Shown here: positions 8,961 through 19,047 of the stretch, piece by piece
Layout of the letters: every line of letters begins with the position of its first letter
How positions within the stretch are numbered: position 1 is the first letter of the stretch
NCBI GenBank assembly: GCA_019058445.1
Contig: JAHPZA010000009.1
Span: forward strand, 589,285 to 653,284
From: Promethearchaeota archaeon
GTDB taxonomy: Archaea > Asgardarchaeota > Lokiarchaeia > Sigyniarchaeales > SOKP01
Length of the DNA stretch: 64,000 nucleotides
Direction of reading: 5' to 3'
The notes under the pieces: model-generated
Seen by the model: the letters and a program-made list of their open reading frames with translations, nothing else
Databases searched by the model: none
What the model was told of the DNA's origin: nothing
Translations under genes and position numbers: made by a program

Positions 8961-11165
8961 ATGGTTAAAAGAATAATAAATAGCGTTGATATCGTTAAAA
9001 AATTTGGGTTAAATTCGAAATTCTTTAATGAATCATTTAAAATCCTTAAGAGAAAGGCTTCAACGTCCCAAGGAGATTTATTTAAAAAGAATTTTAAAGA
9101 ATGGAGAGAAAAATACCAAAAGATTTATGGCCAATCAGCATCAGACATTAATTTCTTCATAAAACAAACATATTTCATAATGTTATTGAAGTCTTTAATG
9201 TTCATCAAATTAGCTAATAAGAATAATATTGAACTGGAAGAAAATTTGGACTATTGGAATTTTTTTGGTTCAAAAGGACTTAATGTATTTGAATTTGAGA
9301 ATTTTTATTGGATTGATATAAATATTGAACAAATTAAAAACATTTATCATCAACTAGAATCATCAGAGTTTGCCTTGCAAGATTTATTTTTTGAGGTATA
9401 TCAGCAGATTTTCTTCACAAAAACGCGACATAAATTGGGAGAGTTTTACACTCCTTCTCATCTTGTTCATAAGATGATTAATAATTATTATGAGTTTGGA
9501 TTAAAAATTTTAGATCCTAGCTGCGGTTCTGGAAATTTCTTAATTGATATAATTTTAAAAATTTTAAACTATAATACTTCGAGAAAATTAAAAATAGAGG
9601 CAATTAATAAAGTATTTGGATTTGATATAAATCCTTTAGCCGTATTGATGACAAAAGTAAATATCCTTTTGGTTATTTTAGAGTATTTTGATTTAGAAAA
9701 AGATGAAAGACCATCTCTCAATATATTTTTATTGGACTCATTTTTTCCAGAATCTAGTGAAATTAAAAACGATTATCCTATTAATACATTATACAATTCA
9801 TTTGATTTAGTAATTGGAAATCCTCCTTGGCTTACTTATAAAGATTTCAATTCTAAGGAGTACCAAAATAAAGTTCGTGATTTAGCAGAGGAATTGGATT
9901 TAAAACCGTTAAGTCAGTATATAACTCATATTGAATTGGCAAGTATTTTTTTTTATTTAATCCCTATTAAATTCTTAAAGATTAATGGTAGCATTTTTTT
10001 CGTAATCACAAAAAGTGTATTGAATGGAGATCATTGCTATAAGTTTCGAGCTTTTTCGATTTTTAATAATATAGAAATATGGGATTTCCCTTCCAATTAT
10101 TTATTTAATATTCAATACATCTGCTTAAAAGCAAATTATATAGGAACAAAGAATAAGATCTCAGTTAAAGATAAATATCCAATTAAAACAAAAATTTTCA
10201 ATGAAAAGCTGGAATTACAGGAGGAGACATTGTATTCAAGTTTAAAAATTGAAGATAATGGAGCAAAAATAATTTTGCCTCTCCACCAATTAGAAATGTT
10301 AAACAACATATCGACAAGTCATTATAAAAATGAATTTTTTCAAGGGGCGACTCTAGTTCCAAGAACTTTGGTATTTTTTAAAATTGAAGAGATAAAGAAC
10401 AATCAATTAGTAATTTCAACTGATCCAAATATTGTTTCTCGGGCAAAGAAGGAGTGGTATTATACTTTTAAAAATAAAAAGATTGAATCACAATTCTGGT
10501 ATAAAACATTTTTAAATAAAGATCTTATTCCCTTTTTTTTAACAAAACTAAGAGATGTCTTTTTACCTGTAAATAATCGTCTTGAATTTGATTTTAAATA
10601 TTTAGAAAAATACCCTCTCGCATTCAAATACTATTGCGAAATGAATGAAATCTATCAACAGAAAAAAAAAATCACAAGTGAGATTAACACCCTATTCTCC
10701 AATTTAAATTACTGGAATAAATTAACTAAACAATATAATAATAAAACATATTTAGTATTGTATAATGCTAGCGGTTCAAATTTGAAAGCTGGAGTAATTC
10801 AAAATCCGAAGAAGAATATTATCGTAGGATCTGAAAATTATTATTTTTCCACCGAATCAAAAGATGAAGCTTATTTCTTATCTGCTATTTTAAATTCACC
10901 CCTTTTGTCAAATAATATCAAACTAATTAAAAGCTCCCGTCATATCCATAAAAGACCATTTTCATTTCCAATACCCTTTTATGATAAAACTAATGATTTG
11001 CATAAAAGATTAGCGAAAAATGCTATGGAATGTGAAATACTTGTTAAAGATTTGTATCTAAAAAATTCAAAAGTGAAAAATGAGAAAGTTAAAGATATAA
11101 TCAATCAAGAACTAAATTCAATCAACAATAAAGTGGAGCAAATTTTTTTAAAAAAAAATATTTGA
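8961..11165 (+). CDS. N6-adenine DNA methyltransferase, gamma-class (Eco57I/HsdM-like) with large C-terminal recognition region
   Basis: Motifs present: LGEFYTPSHLV (motif X-like), ILDPSCGSGNFLIDI (motif I, AdoMet binding) and DLVIGNPPWLTY (motif IV, NPPW). A ~430-aa C-terminal region follows. No PD-(D/E)xK nuclease motif was recognised. Confidence 0.8.
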   Translation: MVKRIINSVDIVKKFGLNSKFFNESFKILKRKASTSQGDLFKKNFKEWREKYQKIYGQSASDINFFIKQTYFIMLLKSLMFIKLANKNNIELEENLDYWNFFGSKGLNVFEFENFYWIDINIEQIKNIYHQLESSEFALQDLFFEVYQQIFFTKTRHKLGEFYTPSHLVHKMINNYYEFGLKILDPSCGSGNFLIDIILKILNYNTSRKLKIEAINKVFGFDINPLAVLMTKVNILLVILEYFDLEKDERPSLNIFLLDSFFPESSEIKNDYPINTLYNSFDLVIGNPPWLTYKDFNSKEYQNKVRDLAEELDLKPLSQYITHIELASIFFYLIPIKFLKINGSIFFVITKSVLNGDHCYKFRAFSIFNNIEIWDFPSNYLFNIQYICLKANYIGTKNKISVKDKYPIKTKIFNEKLELQEETLYSSLKIEDNGAKIILPLHQLEMLNNISTSHYKNEFFQGATLVPRTLVFFKIEEIKNNQLVISTDPNIVSRAKKEWYYTFKNKKIESQFWYKTFLNKDLIPFFLTKLRDVFLPVNNRLEFDFKYLEKYPLAFKYYCEMNEIYQQKKKITSEINTLFSNLNYWNKLTKQYNNKTYLVLYNASGSNLKAGVIQNPKKNIIVGSENYYFSTESKDEAYFLSAILNSPLLSNNIKLIKSSRHIHKRPFSFPIPFYDKTNDLHKRLAKNAMECEILVKDLYLKNSKVKNEKVKDIINQELNSINNKVEQIFLKKNI

Positions 11166-11283
11166 TAAGAAAAAGCATAGATTTTTCTTTTAAGATAAGT
11201 TTTTATAAGTAAAGTTTTTTTAAATTACTATTAAAATAATTAATTTCTTATTAAAATAAATTTTAGATCGAGGTTTTGAAAAT

Positions 11284-11901
11284 ATGCCATCACGACGAGG
11301 AGATGGAACATTAGTATTCAAGATTTGTTTCTATGGCCCTTCTCTAGGAGGTAAAACAACGGCACTTGAATGGGTATATCATCGTGAGGGACTTGCAAGT
11401 GGAGATATGCAACAAATCCAAGATCCTACTGGTCGAACACTATTTTTTGACCGTGTAGTTGCTCGTGTTTCCAATGTTGTCTTCCAAGTTTACACTGTAG
11501 CTGGCCAACGTAGACATAAATTCCAGCGACAGACAGTTTTAAAGGGGACAGACGCTGTTATTTTTACATGGGATTCACTTATTGATCAGTGGGGAGAGAA
11601 CATTTGGTCTCTTAAGGAGCTCCTGAAGTTTTATGGCAATAAACTGATCCCTCCCAGTCCTACTGATCCAACTCCTGAAGTTCCATTGGTAGTTCTCGCT
11701 AATAAAAGAGATTTAGACGATATCGTTGAAATTGCCAAAATAAGAACTGTGCTTGACACTGCCAAACTAAACCATACTTTGGTCTACGAAACTATTGCTA
11801 TCACTGGTATAAATGTTAAAAGAGCTTTTGTCTATGCAGCCAGACAAGCAGTCCTAAATCACTATAAGAAGCTCTCTGGTAAAACAATGGAAACTGCGTA
11901 A
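11284..11901 (+). CDS. MglA-like small GTPase (Ras superfamily)
   Basis: Collinear with Myxococcus MglA:
- KICFYGPSLGGKTTALEWVY (G1 P-loop)
- GRTLFFD (switch I Thr)
- VYTVAGQ (G3 with Thr in place of the usual Asp, the MglA hallmark TVPGQ)
- VLKGTDAVIFTWDS
- ANKRDL (G4 NKxD). Confidence 0.85.
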   Translation: MPSRRGDGTLVFKICFYGPSLGGKTTALEWVYHREGLASGDMQQIQDPTGRTLFFDRVVARVSNVVFQVYTVAGQRRHKFQRQTVLKGTDAVIFTWDSLIDQWGENIWSLKELLKFYGNKLIPPSPTDPTPEVPLVVLANKRDLDDIVEIAKIRTVLDTAKLNHTLVYETIAITGINVKRAFVYAARQAVLNHYKKLSGKTMETA

Positions 11902-11911
11902 AGTAAAAAAC

Positions 11912-11928
11912 TTTTTTTCTCTATTTTT
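11912..11928 (+). terminator. oligo-T tracts between convergent genes (candidate archaeal terminator)
   Basis: A T7 run (11912-11918) and a T5 run (11924-11928) lie directly after the GTPase stop codon. Archaeal RNA polymerase terminates at oligo-T. Confidence 0.3.
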
Positions 11929-11959
11929 GATGTTAAGTAAGTAAATAAGGATAATTTTA

Positions 11960-12505
11960 TCATAAGTAGATGATTTCAGGCTCAACTTTATCTTTAGAGA
12001 TCCTTAAATACCCATAAGAATTGATATCTGTAAATTTTTTATCTGTTGGAGTCCCAGGGTTAAGATATAATTTGCCATCTCTCCACACCTCATTATATGG
12101 TCTATGTACATGTCCAAAGATTATAATATCATAAGGAGTTAAATCAAATTGTCGATTCAATCTTTTAATTACAATATTAGGACCCCCCATACCATGCGTC
12201 ATGAAAATTTTATGACCATATAACTCAAGCTCAATAGTTTCTGGTAATAATGTTTTTAATTTACGATCAAAATCCATATTTCCTATAACGCCAATCACCT
12301 TATCTTTACCAAAAGCGTCAGTAAGCGCCTGATAGACCTTAAACTTTTCAAAATCACCCAAGTGAAATAAATAATCAATATTTTTATCCTTAAAATCTTC
12401 TATAATAACTTCCGGTATTTGAGGAACTCTGGAAGGCACATGAGTATCAGAAATAAGACCAATTAAAAGTTCATCTTTATTGGTTTGAAGCATATAAATA
12501 AACAC
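11960..12505 (-). CDS. metallophosphoesterase, YfcE/MJ0936 family
   Basis: Calcineurin-like phosphoesterase motifs occur in order: GLISDTHVP, HLGDF, GNMD, THGMGG, GHVHRP. Confidence 0.85.
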   Translation of the reverse strand: MFIYMLQTNKDELLIGLISDTHVPSRVPQIPEVIIEDFKDKNIDYLFHLGDFEKFKVYQALTDAFGKDKVIGVIGNMDFDRKLKTLLPETIELELYGHKIFMTHGMGGPNIVIKRLNRQFDLTPYDIIIFGHVHRPYNEVWRDGKLYLNPGTPTDKKFTDINSYGYLRISKDKVEPEIIYL

Positions 12506-12580
12506 GTTTTTTAAAATTAAAATTCTTCGATTATTAGGTTAAGAAAAGTTCCATCTATTGAATTTGACTCTTAAAGCTGG

Positions 12581-14416
12581 TTAATCAATTTCTTTTTGAG
12601 CTTTTTCATTTAATAATCGAAGTTTTTCGATCAGATTGTTATTAGGAGGGATTTTATAAATATTAAATTTATCTTCATTAAGATGAGCAAAACGACCCCT
12701 TTTAGCGACATAAGGATTATTCTCAATAGGTGTTTTTAGATTAATTTCAATTAAATAGTTTCCTCTTAAAGCAGGTCTTTGAATAATTGAAGAAATATTA
12801 TTATAATTGATTTCGCAAAATCCAGTAGGATAATCAACAAGTATTTTTTTATTTGTAAATATATATTTCATGTCTCCCATTTTGAATTTAGCACGTGCTC
12901 CTCCAAATAAACAGCATGATGATATAGTGCAAAATACGATACTGAAGATATATAAAAGAGAAAACAAAAATGTGGCATATCTAAGATTAGTAATGATTAA
13001 GGTGATATATGTAATTAATGATACGGCTAATATTGCTGTTGATATCAATATCATTTTTTTATATCTTGCTTTTTCTTCAAAGGTAAAAAAGATCTCCTCA
13101 TCTGAATCCAAATGAATTTTGTAATCGATATAAAGAGGATCAAGGTTACTTAACGATGTCATTTTTAAACCTTCTGTAGTTTTAAATTCGAAATCTTTTA
13201 TAGGATACTCTTTCTTAATTTCTTCTGAAATCTGTTTAATATCCTCTGATTGTTGTGATAATATTTGTGCTTTTGATAATAAAAATCCTTTATCTGCTTT
13301 CCATTTAATCATGTAGCAAAAAAAAGCTTCAAAAATATCTGGAAAAAAATCAATGGGTCCAAATTTTAATTCTTGGCTTGGATCAAAAGAAGATTTTATA
13401 GTTATTCCATCCAGATTCTCTCTCCATTTAAGCTGGCCAGATCCCCATTTCTCAATCTTAAAAAAACCTAATGTTGTAGATGAGTCGAATAGAATTTCCT
13501 CTAGTGAATTATTATTTTTTAATATAACTCGGTCAGAATCAAGAATAAAAAGAGAATTTTTATCTGATACTTTTTTTTTCCAGTTTTTTTTCTGGAGAAT
13601 ATAATACACAGTATAGCTTATACCAAAAATGAGCGGTAAGAATGTAACATAGAAAAGTAGTCTAAATAGTCCCTCCTTTGCTGCACTCAATGTTATTGGT
13701 ATCATTATAATACCAAAGATAATTAAGGGCATAAGGAGAAAAATATGAATAGTCCGTTTCTTGCTCTTTTCGTTAATTTTATCTAAGATTTGTGAGGATA
13801 CTTTACATTCATATGGAAATTGAATATTTAATTTATTTTTTATAATATTCCATCTAGTTTCAATATCAGCATATTCATAAATGATAGATTCAATAACAGT
13901 TTGAAGTTTTGAAACATCCGGAATCGTCGAAAAAGTAAATAAACTATGACGCAATGCTGTATATTCTGGAATAAACTCAAGAGTGCCAACATCTTCTCCC
14001 TTATCAGATCTCTTTTTTTTTAAAACAACGGCTCTTAGGGATTTTAAATCAATTGAATCAATTGAATCTATTTTTCTATACTTCTGATCAACATAAATTT
14101 TTTTATTTGTTATATATAAGAATTTATCTGAGCTTGTACCTAACTTCTTGAATATAATAGGTGTTAAAAGAATCACACTAAAAGGAAGAAGAGTTAAAAA
14201 AATCGAAAAAAAACTAAGTCTAAACCCAAATAGTAAAATCGAAACAATTTGGAATATTAGAAAAATGATTAGTAAACTGATAATCATAAACTTAGACATT
14301 CTTTTATATTCTTGTTCCATGTTAAATTTTTTCTCAAATATTATATTCTCGTCTTTAGGAATATTTCTATATAATTCATTTGAAATAATGATTTTGCACC
14401 CTATTTTTGATTTCAT
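12581..14416 (-). CDS. membrane protein with three repeated 'TM hairpin + PH-like (bPH/DUF304-like)' modules (YdbT-like architecture)
   Basis: Three modules each pair two hydrophobic helices with a ~80-aa segment. Examples: LYITNKKIYVDQ...LRAVVLKK...GTLEF; LFILDSDRVILKN...; YIFTNKKILVDYP...NISSIIQRPALRGNYLIEINL. The family assignment is tentative. Confidence 0.45.
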   Translation of the reverse strand: MKSKIGCKIIISNELYRNIPKDENIIFEKKFNMEQEYKRMSKFMIISLLIIFLIFQIVSILLFGFRLSFFSIFLTLLPFSVILLTPIIFKKLGTSSDKFLYITNKKIYVDQKYRKIDSIDSIDLKSLRAVVLKKKRSDKGEDVGTLEFIPEYTALRHSLFTFSTIPDVSKLQTVIESIIYEYADIETRWNIIKNKLNIQFPYECKVSSQILDKINEKSKKRTIHIFLLMPLIIFGIIMIPITLSAAKEGLFRLLFYVTFLPLIFGISYTVYYILQKKNWKKKVSDKNSLFILDSDRVILKNNNSLEEILFDSSTTLGFFKIEKWGSGQLKWRENLDGITIKSSFDPSQELKFGPIDFFPDIFEAFFCYMIKWKADKGFLLSKAQILSQQSEDIKQISEEIKKEYPIKDFEFKTTEGLKMTSLSNLDPLYIDYKIHLDSDEEIFFTFEEKARYKKMILISTAILAVSLITYITLIITNLRYATFLFSLLYIFSIVFCTISSCCLFGGARAKFKMGDMKYIFTNKKILVDYPTGFCEINYNNISSIIQRPALRGNYLIEINLKTPIENNPYVAKRGRFAHLNEDKFNIYKIPPNNNLIEKLRLLNEKAQKEID

Positions 14417-14592
14417 GTATTTGGATCTATTTAAATTAGTAAATTAAATAAGGGTATATAAAGTTTTGTAAGAAATAGGGTTTTAACTCTATTGTTAAAC
14501 CAATTGTTGAAAATCTGTAGAATTATCGTTTAGTTCTATAGATATTTGAGAAAGGCATATTGTTTAGATTAAATATTAGAAATATAGTGTAG

Positions 14593-17028
14593 TCATTCTT
14601 CAAGCTCTTTAGCACATTTTCCAATCGCAACAACTGAATCTCCCTCATAGAGGTTTATAACTCTGACCCCTTTAGCTTTTCGATGAGTTATCCTAATTGA
14701 ATCGACCGGAACCCGAATCATTTGCCCTTGTTCGGACCCGATTAACAAATCTTTTTCTTTTGCTACCTTTATTGCGATAACTTCGTCGCTTTCATTTAGT
14801 GAAATATTGATAACACCCTTAGCCGCTCTACTCGTTTTTCTATACTCTTTAATAATTGTCCGTTGCCCATAACCATTCTTAGTAAGGGTTAGGACAATTT
14901 CATCGTCGGTAACGAGAAGACTGTCAATGATTTCATCACCCTTACGTAAATCCACTCCTTTTACTCCCATCGTATTTCTTCCGAGTTCTCTTAGCTCGGA
15001 CTCATCAAAGCGGATTGCGTAACCTAATTTTGTAGCTATAAAAATATCTTGGAGCTCATTAGATAATTTTTTTACACTGACTAATTTATCATCAGGTCGT
15101 ATCTTTTGGGCTCTCACTCCAGTCGTCTTGAATTTGGAAAAAAGTCTGAGGCTGCTTTTTTTTATGATTCCATTTTTTGTGGTTAAAATGAGCATTTCAT
15201 TTGTGTTAAAGTTATTTATAGGAATCATATCAGAAATTTCCTCATCTCCCTTTAGACTTAATAAATTCACAATTGGCTTTCCCTTGGCTGTTCTTTTTTG
15301 TAAGGGAATTTCAAAAGCTTTCATCGAATATACCCTTCCCTGTGAGGTAAAAAATAGTATGGTATCATGTGTAGAACATACAAACAAATCGGCTATGAAG
15401 TCTTCTTCGCCAACAGTCATCCCCTTTTTACCACGTCCTCCACGCCTTTGAGTTCTATATTCCTCTACCGACATCCGCTTTATATAATGGTTTTTAGTTA
15501 AAATGACGATTGTTGGCTCTTTTTTAACTAGGTCCTTTTTTTCTATATTTTTAACCTCTGTTAAATCCTCAATAATTTCTGTGCGTCTTTCATCTCCATA
15601 TTTTTTACTTAACTCCGCCAATTCTGTTTTAATTATATCCAAACGTTCCTGTCTGTTTTTTAAAATTCTCTCATACTCCTTAATTTTTTTATTTAATTCT
15701 TTTTCTTCATCAATAAGTTTTTGTTGCTCTAAATTGGTCAATCGAGATAAGGGCATATTTAAAATTGCTTTTACTTGAATTTCAGATATTTCAAACCTAT
15801 TCATTAATTTGGTCTTCGCATCATCAGTATCTTGTGCTTTTTTTATAATATTTACGACTTCATCAATATTATTTAATGCGATTATTAGCCCTTCGACTTT
15901 ATGAAGCCTCTCTTGAGCTTTTAAAAGAGCATATTGAGTTCGTTTATAGACAATATCAAGTCGATGATTGATATATTCATCGATTAATTCCTTTAGGTTT
16001 AAAATTTTAGGCTGCTTTCCGTTATTTATAAGAACTAAATTGATTACAGGAAAATTAGTTTCAAGTCTAGTCCGTGAAAATAAGATATTTTTTATAATTA
16101 TAGGTTGAGCATTTTTTCTTAGCTCTAATACAATCCGCATACCTTTTCTGTCAGACTCATCTCTTAAGTCTCTAATATCTTTTAATACACCATCCTTAAT
16201 GAGTTTTGCAATAGATTCTATTAGAGCAGTCTTGTTTATTAAATAGGGAATTTCGGTTATGATTAAACTATTATTTTTTCCTTTAGTCTCGACCTCAATT
16301 TTTCCTTTCATAGTTATAGTCCCTTGCCCAGTTGAATATGCATTGTATATCCCCGTCATATTTGTAATGATACCGCCAGTTGGAAAATCAGGCCCTTTTA
16401 TAATTTCCATTAATTCTTCTATAGAGATATCCGGATTATCTATTGTTGCAATAATGCCCGTACATATCTCCATAAGGTTATGAGGGGGCATTGAGGTTGC
16501 CATCCCAACAGCAATCCCTTTAGTACCATTAAGTAGAATATTAGGAAGTTTACTTGGTAAATAAATAGGTTCTACTGTACTATCATCAAAATTAGGGCGA
16601 AATTCTACAGTTTCTCTGTCAATATCTTCAATTAACTCGTTTGCAATCTGAGAAAGTCTTGCCTCAGTATATCGATACGCTGCTGGAGGATCTCCATCAA
16701 TCGAACCAAAATTTCCTTGGGGATCGATTAAAGGATATCTTAATGAAAAATCTTGAGCCATTCTTACGAGCGCGTTATAAACGGAGGAATCACCATGAGG
16801 ATGAAAATTACCTAATGTCTCTCCTACGATCTTAGCACATTTTACGTGTGAACTCGTATAATACCAGTTGTTATTCGCCATAGCGTAAATAATTCGACGA
16901 TGGACATGCTTTAATCCATCCCTCACATCAGGGATAGCTCTACCAATTACAACAGACATCGCATAATCTATGTAACTGGTTTTCATCTCATCTTTTAGTA
17001 AAATTTCTTGAATGTTTTCTGTTGTCAT
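14593..17028 (-). CDS. gyrA: DNA gyrase subunit A
   Basis: YIDYAMSVVIGRAIPDVRDGLKHVHRRIIYAM, AAYRYTEARL (active-site Tyr region) and C-terminal beta-pinwheel repeats are present. The gene starts 42 nt downstream of gyrB. Confidence 0.97.
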   Translation of the reverse strand: MTTENIQEILLKDEMKTSYIDYAMSVVIGRAIPDVRDGLKHVHRRIIYAMANNNWYYTSSHVKCAKIVGETLGNFHPHGDSSVYNALVRMAQDFSLRYPLIDPQGNFGSIDGDPPAAYRYTEARLSQIANELIEDIDRETVEFRPNFDDSTVEPIYLPSKLPNILLNGTKGIAVGMATSMPPHNLMEICTGIIATIDNPDISIEELMEIIKGPDFPTGGIITNMTGIYNAYSTGQGTITMKGKIEVETKGKNNSLIITEIPYLINKTALIESIAKLIKDGVLKDIRDLRDESDRKGMRIVLELRKNAQPIIIKNILFSRTRLETNFPVINLVLINNGKQPKILNLKELIDEYINHRLDIVYKRTQYALLKAQERLHKVEGLIIALNNIDEVVNIIKKAQDTDDAKTKLMNRFEISEIQVKAILNMPLSRLTNLEQQKLIDEEKELNKKIKEYERILKNRQERLDIIKTELAELSKKYGDERRTEIIEDLTEVKNIEKKDLVKKEPTIVILTKNHYIKRMSVEEYRTQRRGGRGKKGMTVGEEDFIADLFVCSTHDTILFFTSQGRVYSMKAFEIPLQKRTAKGKPIVNLLSLKGDEEISDMIPINNFNTNEMLILTTKNGIIKKSSLRLFSKFKTTGVRAQKIRPDDKLVSVKKLSNELQDIFIATKLGYAIRFDESELRELGRNTMGVKGVDLRKGDEIIDSLLVTDDEIVLTLTKNGYGQRTIIKEYRKTSRAAKGVINISLNESDEVIAIKVAKEKDLLIGSEQGQMIRVPVDSIRITHRKAKGVRVINLYEGDSVVAIGKCAKELEE

Positions 17029-17070
17029 ACAAAAGGACCTTTTATTTACTTAAATTTAAAATAAGTGAAC

Positions 17071-19002
17071 CTAAATATCTAATAGATTTACTTCATCATA
17101 ATTTTCAATGACAAATTTCTTTCTCGGCAAAGACTCTCGACCCATCAATTTTGTAAAAATGAGGTCATTTTCTAAATAGTCTTCGTAGGTAATTTTCTTT
17201 AAAAAACGTGTGTCTCGGTTCATGGTTGTTTCATAAAGTTCATCAGGATTCATTTCACCTAATCCCTTATATCTCTGGACTTTAATAGAATCAGTCTTTT
17301 TTAAGGAATATTTCTTTATTAATTCTTGAAAAATTTTATCTTTTTCATTATCAGTGTATACATAATGCTTAGTCTTCTTATATTTAACTTGAAAAAGCGG
17401 AGGTACTGCCACATAAAGATGCCCCTCATCAATAAGAGGCCGCATATATCTAAAGAAAAATGTTAATAAGAGAGTTTTAATATGATGGCCATCTGAATCT
17501 GCATCGCAAAATATTATAATTTTGTGATAACGTAAATTTTTTAAATTAAAATCTTCTTCTCCCTCTCCATTTTCACCATTATGTTCAGATGTTCCATTAG
17601 TATCATTTACTCCTTGAATTCCAATTCCAACTGCTTTAATTATAGCGAGGATCTCATTATTTTGTAATATTTTATCCATTCTTGCTTTTTCAACATTTAA
17701 TATTTTTCCTCGGAGAGGAAGTATTGCTTGATAACTTCTATCTCTTCCTTGTTTGGCTGAACCACCTGCTGAATCGCCTTCTACAATAAATAATTCACAT
17801 TCTTCGGGATTATTTGAAGAACAATCAGCAAGTTTTCCGGGCATACGTGCACTATCTAATTCAGATTTTCTACGGATTAATGATCTAGCTTTTTGAGCTG
17901 CTTCCCTCGCCGTTTTAGCATTAATGGTCTTTAATATGATCTTTTTGGCAGTCTGGGGATTTTCTTCAAAAAATTGATATAACTTTTCTGTAATTATTTG
18001 ACTTACAAATTGTCGAATTTCAGGATTTCCTAATTTAATTTTTGTTTGGCTCTCAAATTGAGGATCAGGAAGTTTAACAGAAATTACTGCCGATAATCCT
18101 TCCCGGGTATCACTTCCACTGAGCACATGATCTTTATACTTTTTCTCCATATCCTTTTCGATGTAAGAATTCAAAGTTCGAGTGAGTGCTGATTTAAATC
18201 CAGTTAGGTGTGTACCACCCTCAATGGTATTTATAGTATTTGCATATGTGAGAATATTAGATTGGTATCCTTGATTATATTGCAATGCGACATCCACATA
18301 TACCTTAGAATCCTTTTCAAAAGGATATTCATCGCTTAAAGAAATAATTTCATTATGCAGGGGCTTTTTATCTCTGTTAAGAAAAGTAATAAACTCCTTG
18401 AGTCCCCCTTCGTAATGAAATTCTTCCCCTTCTTCAGTATTTTCATTGTAGATTTCGAATTTTGCTTGAGGTGTTAAAAATCCAAGTTCTCGCATTCGAC
18501 CTGCGATTGTAGAGAAGTTAAAAATATTATTCTCATCTTCTATATCAAAAATTTCCTTGTCTGGATAAAACGTAATTGCTGTACCTTTCTTTTTATTCTT
18601 AAGTTCTTTTATTTCCGGTTCTGTTGTTTTCACGCCTCTTGAAAACTTTTGCTTATAATACACATTATCTCTATAAATTTCTACTACTAACCATTCCGTT
18701 AATGCATTCACAACAGAAAGACCAACGCCATGCAATCCACCGGAAATCTTATAACTTTTACTGTCAAATTTGCCTCCGCTATGTAGATGTTCCATAATCA
18801 CTTCAACAGCAGGTTTTTTATATTCTGGATGCATGTCAATAGGTATTCCGCGCCCGTTGTCAGAAATCTGTACTGAATTATCTTTATTAAAAACAACTTC
18901 TATCTTATCTGCGAAGCCAGCCATGGCTTCATCAACACAATTATCAAGAACTTCAAAAATGAGATGGTGGAGACCTTTTTTTCCGGTATCGCCTATATAC
19001 AT
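17071..19002 (-). CDS. gyrB: DNA gyrase subunit B, main uninterrupted ORF (begins at the Met of the conserved RKRPxMYIG motif)
   Basis: MYIGDTGKKGLHHLIFEVLDNCVDEAMAG (GHKL ATPase N-box), the TOPRIM motifs ELFIVEGDSAGGSAKQGRD and IIIFCDADSDGHHI, and the C-terminal QRYKGLGEMNP are all present. The true N-terminal arm is encoded upstream (see features at 19018-19113). Confidence 0.95.
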   Translation of the reverse strand: MYIGDTGKKGLHHLIFEVLDNCVDEAMAGFADKIEVVFNKDNSVQISDNGRGIPIDMHPEYKKPAVEVIMEHLHSGGKFDSKSYKISGGLHGVGLSVVNALTEWLVVEIYRDNVYYKQKFSRGVKTTEPEIKELKNKKKGTAITFYPDKEIFDIEDENNIFNFSTIAGRMRELGFLTPQAKFEIYNENTEEGEEFHYEGGLKEFITFLNRDKKPLHNEIISLSDEYPFEKDSKVYVDVALQYNQGYQSNILTYANTINTIEGGTHLTGFKSALTRTLNSYIEKDMEKKYKDHVLSGSDTREGLSAVISVKLPDPQFESQTKIKLGNPEIRQFVSQIITEKLYQFFEENPQTAKKIILKTINAKTAREAAQKARSLIRRKSELDSARMPGKLADCSSNNPEECELFIVEGDSAGGSAKQGRDRSYQAILPLRGKILNVEKARMDKILQNNEILAIIKAVGIGIQGVNDTNGTSEHNGENGEGEEDFNLKNLRYHKIIIFCDADSDGHHIKTLLLTFFFRYMRPLIDEGHLYVAVPPLFQVKYKKTKHYVYTDNEKDKIFQELIKKYSLKKTDSIKVQRYKGLGEMNPDELYETTMNRDTRFLKKITYEDYLENDLIFTKLMGRESLPRKKFVIENYDEVNLLDI

Positions 19003-19017
19003 TGCGGGTCTCTTTCT

Positions 19018-19047
19018 TTAGCGATCTTCCATGATTTATGAAAGGTT
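19018..19047 (-). other. 30-nt in-frame intervening sequence with two TAA codons, splitting the gyrB N-terminus
   Basis: The minus strand reads ...GGC GTA | AAC CTT TCA TAA ATC ATG GAA GAT CGC TAA | AGA AAG AGA CCC GCA ATG... Removing these 30 nt restores the contiguous GLEGV-RKRPAMYIG motif. Confidence 0.75.

Noticed and set aside
19018-19047. T4 gene-60-style translational bypass (hop) as the explanation for the gyrB insert.
   Set aside because: Not excluded, but I found no matched take-off and landing codons bracketing the 30 nt. GUA precedes the gap and UAA precedes the resumption codon AGA. The hypothesis is therefore listed as less likely than RNA-level removal or a genuine lesion.
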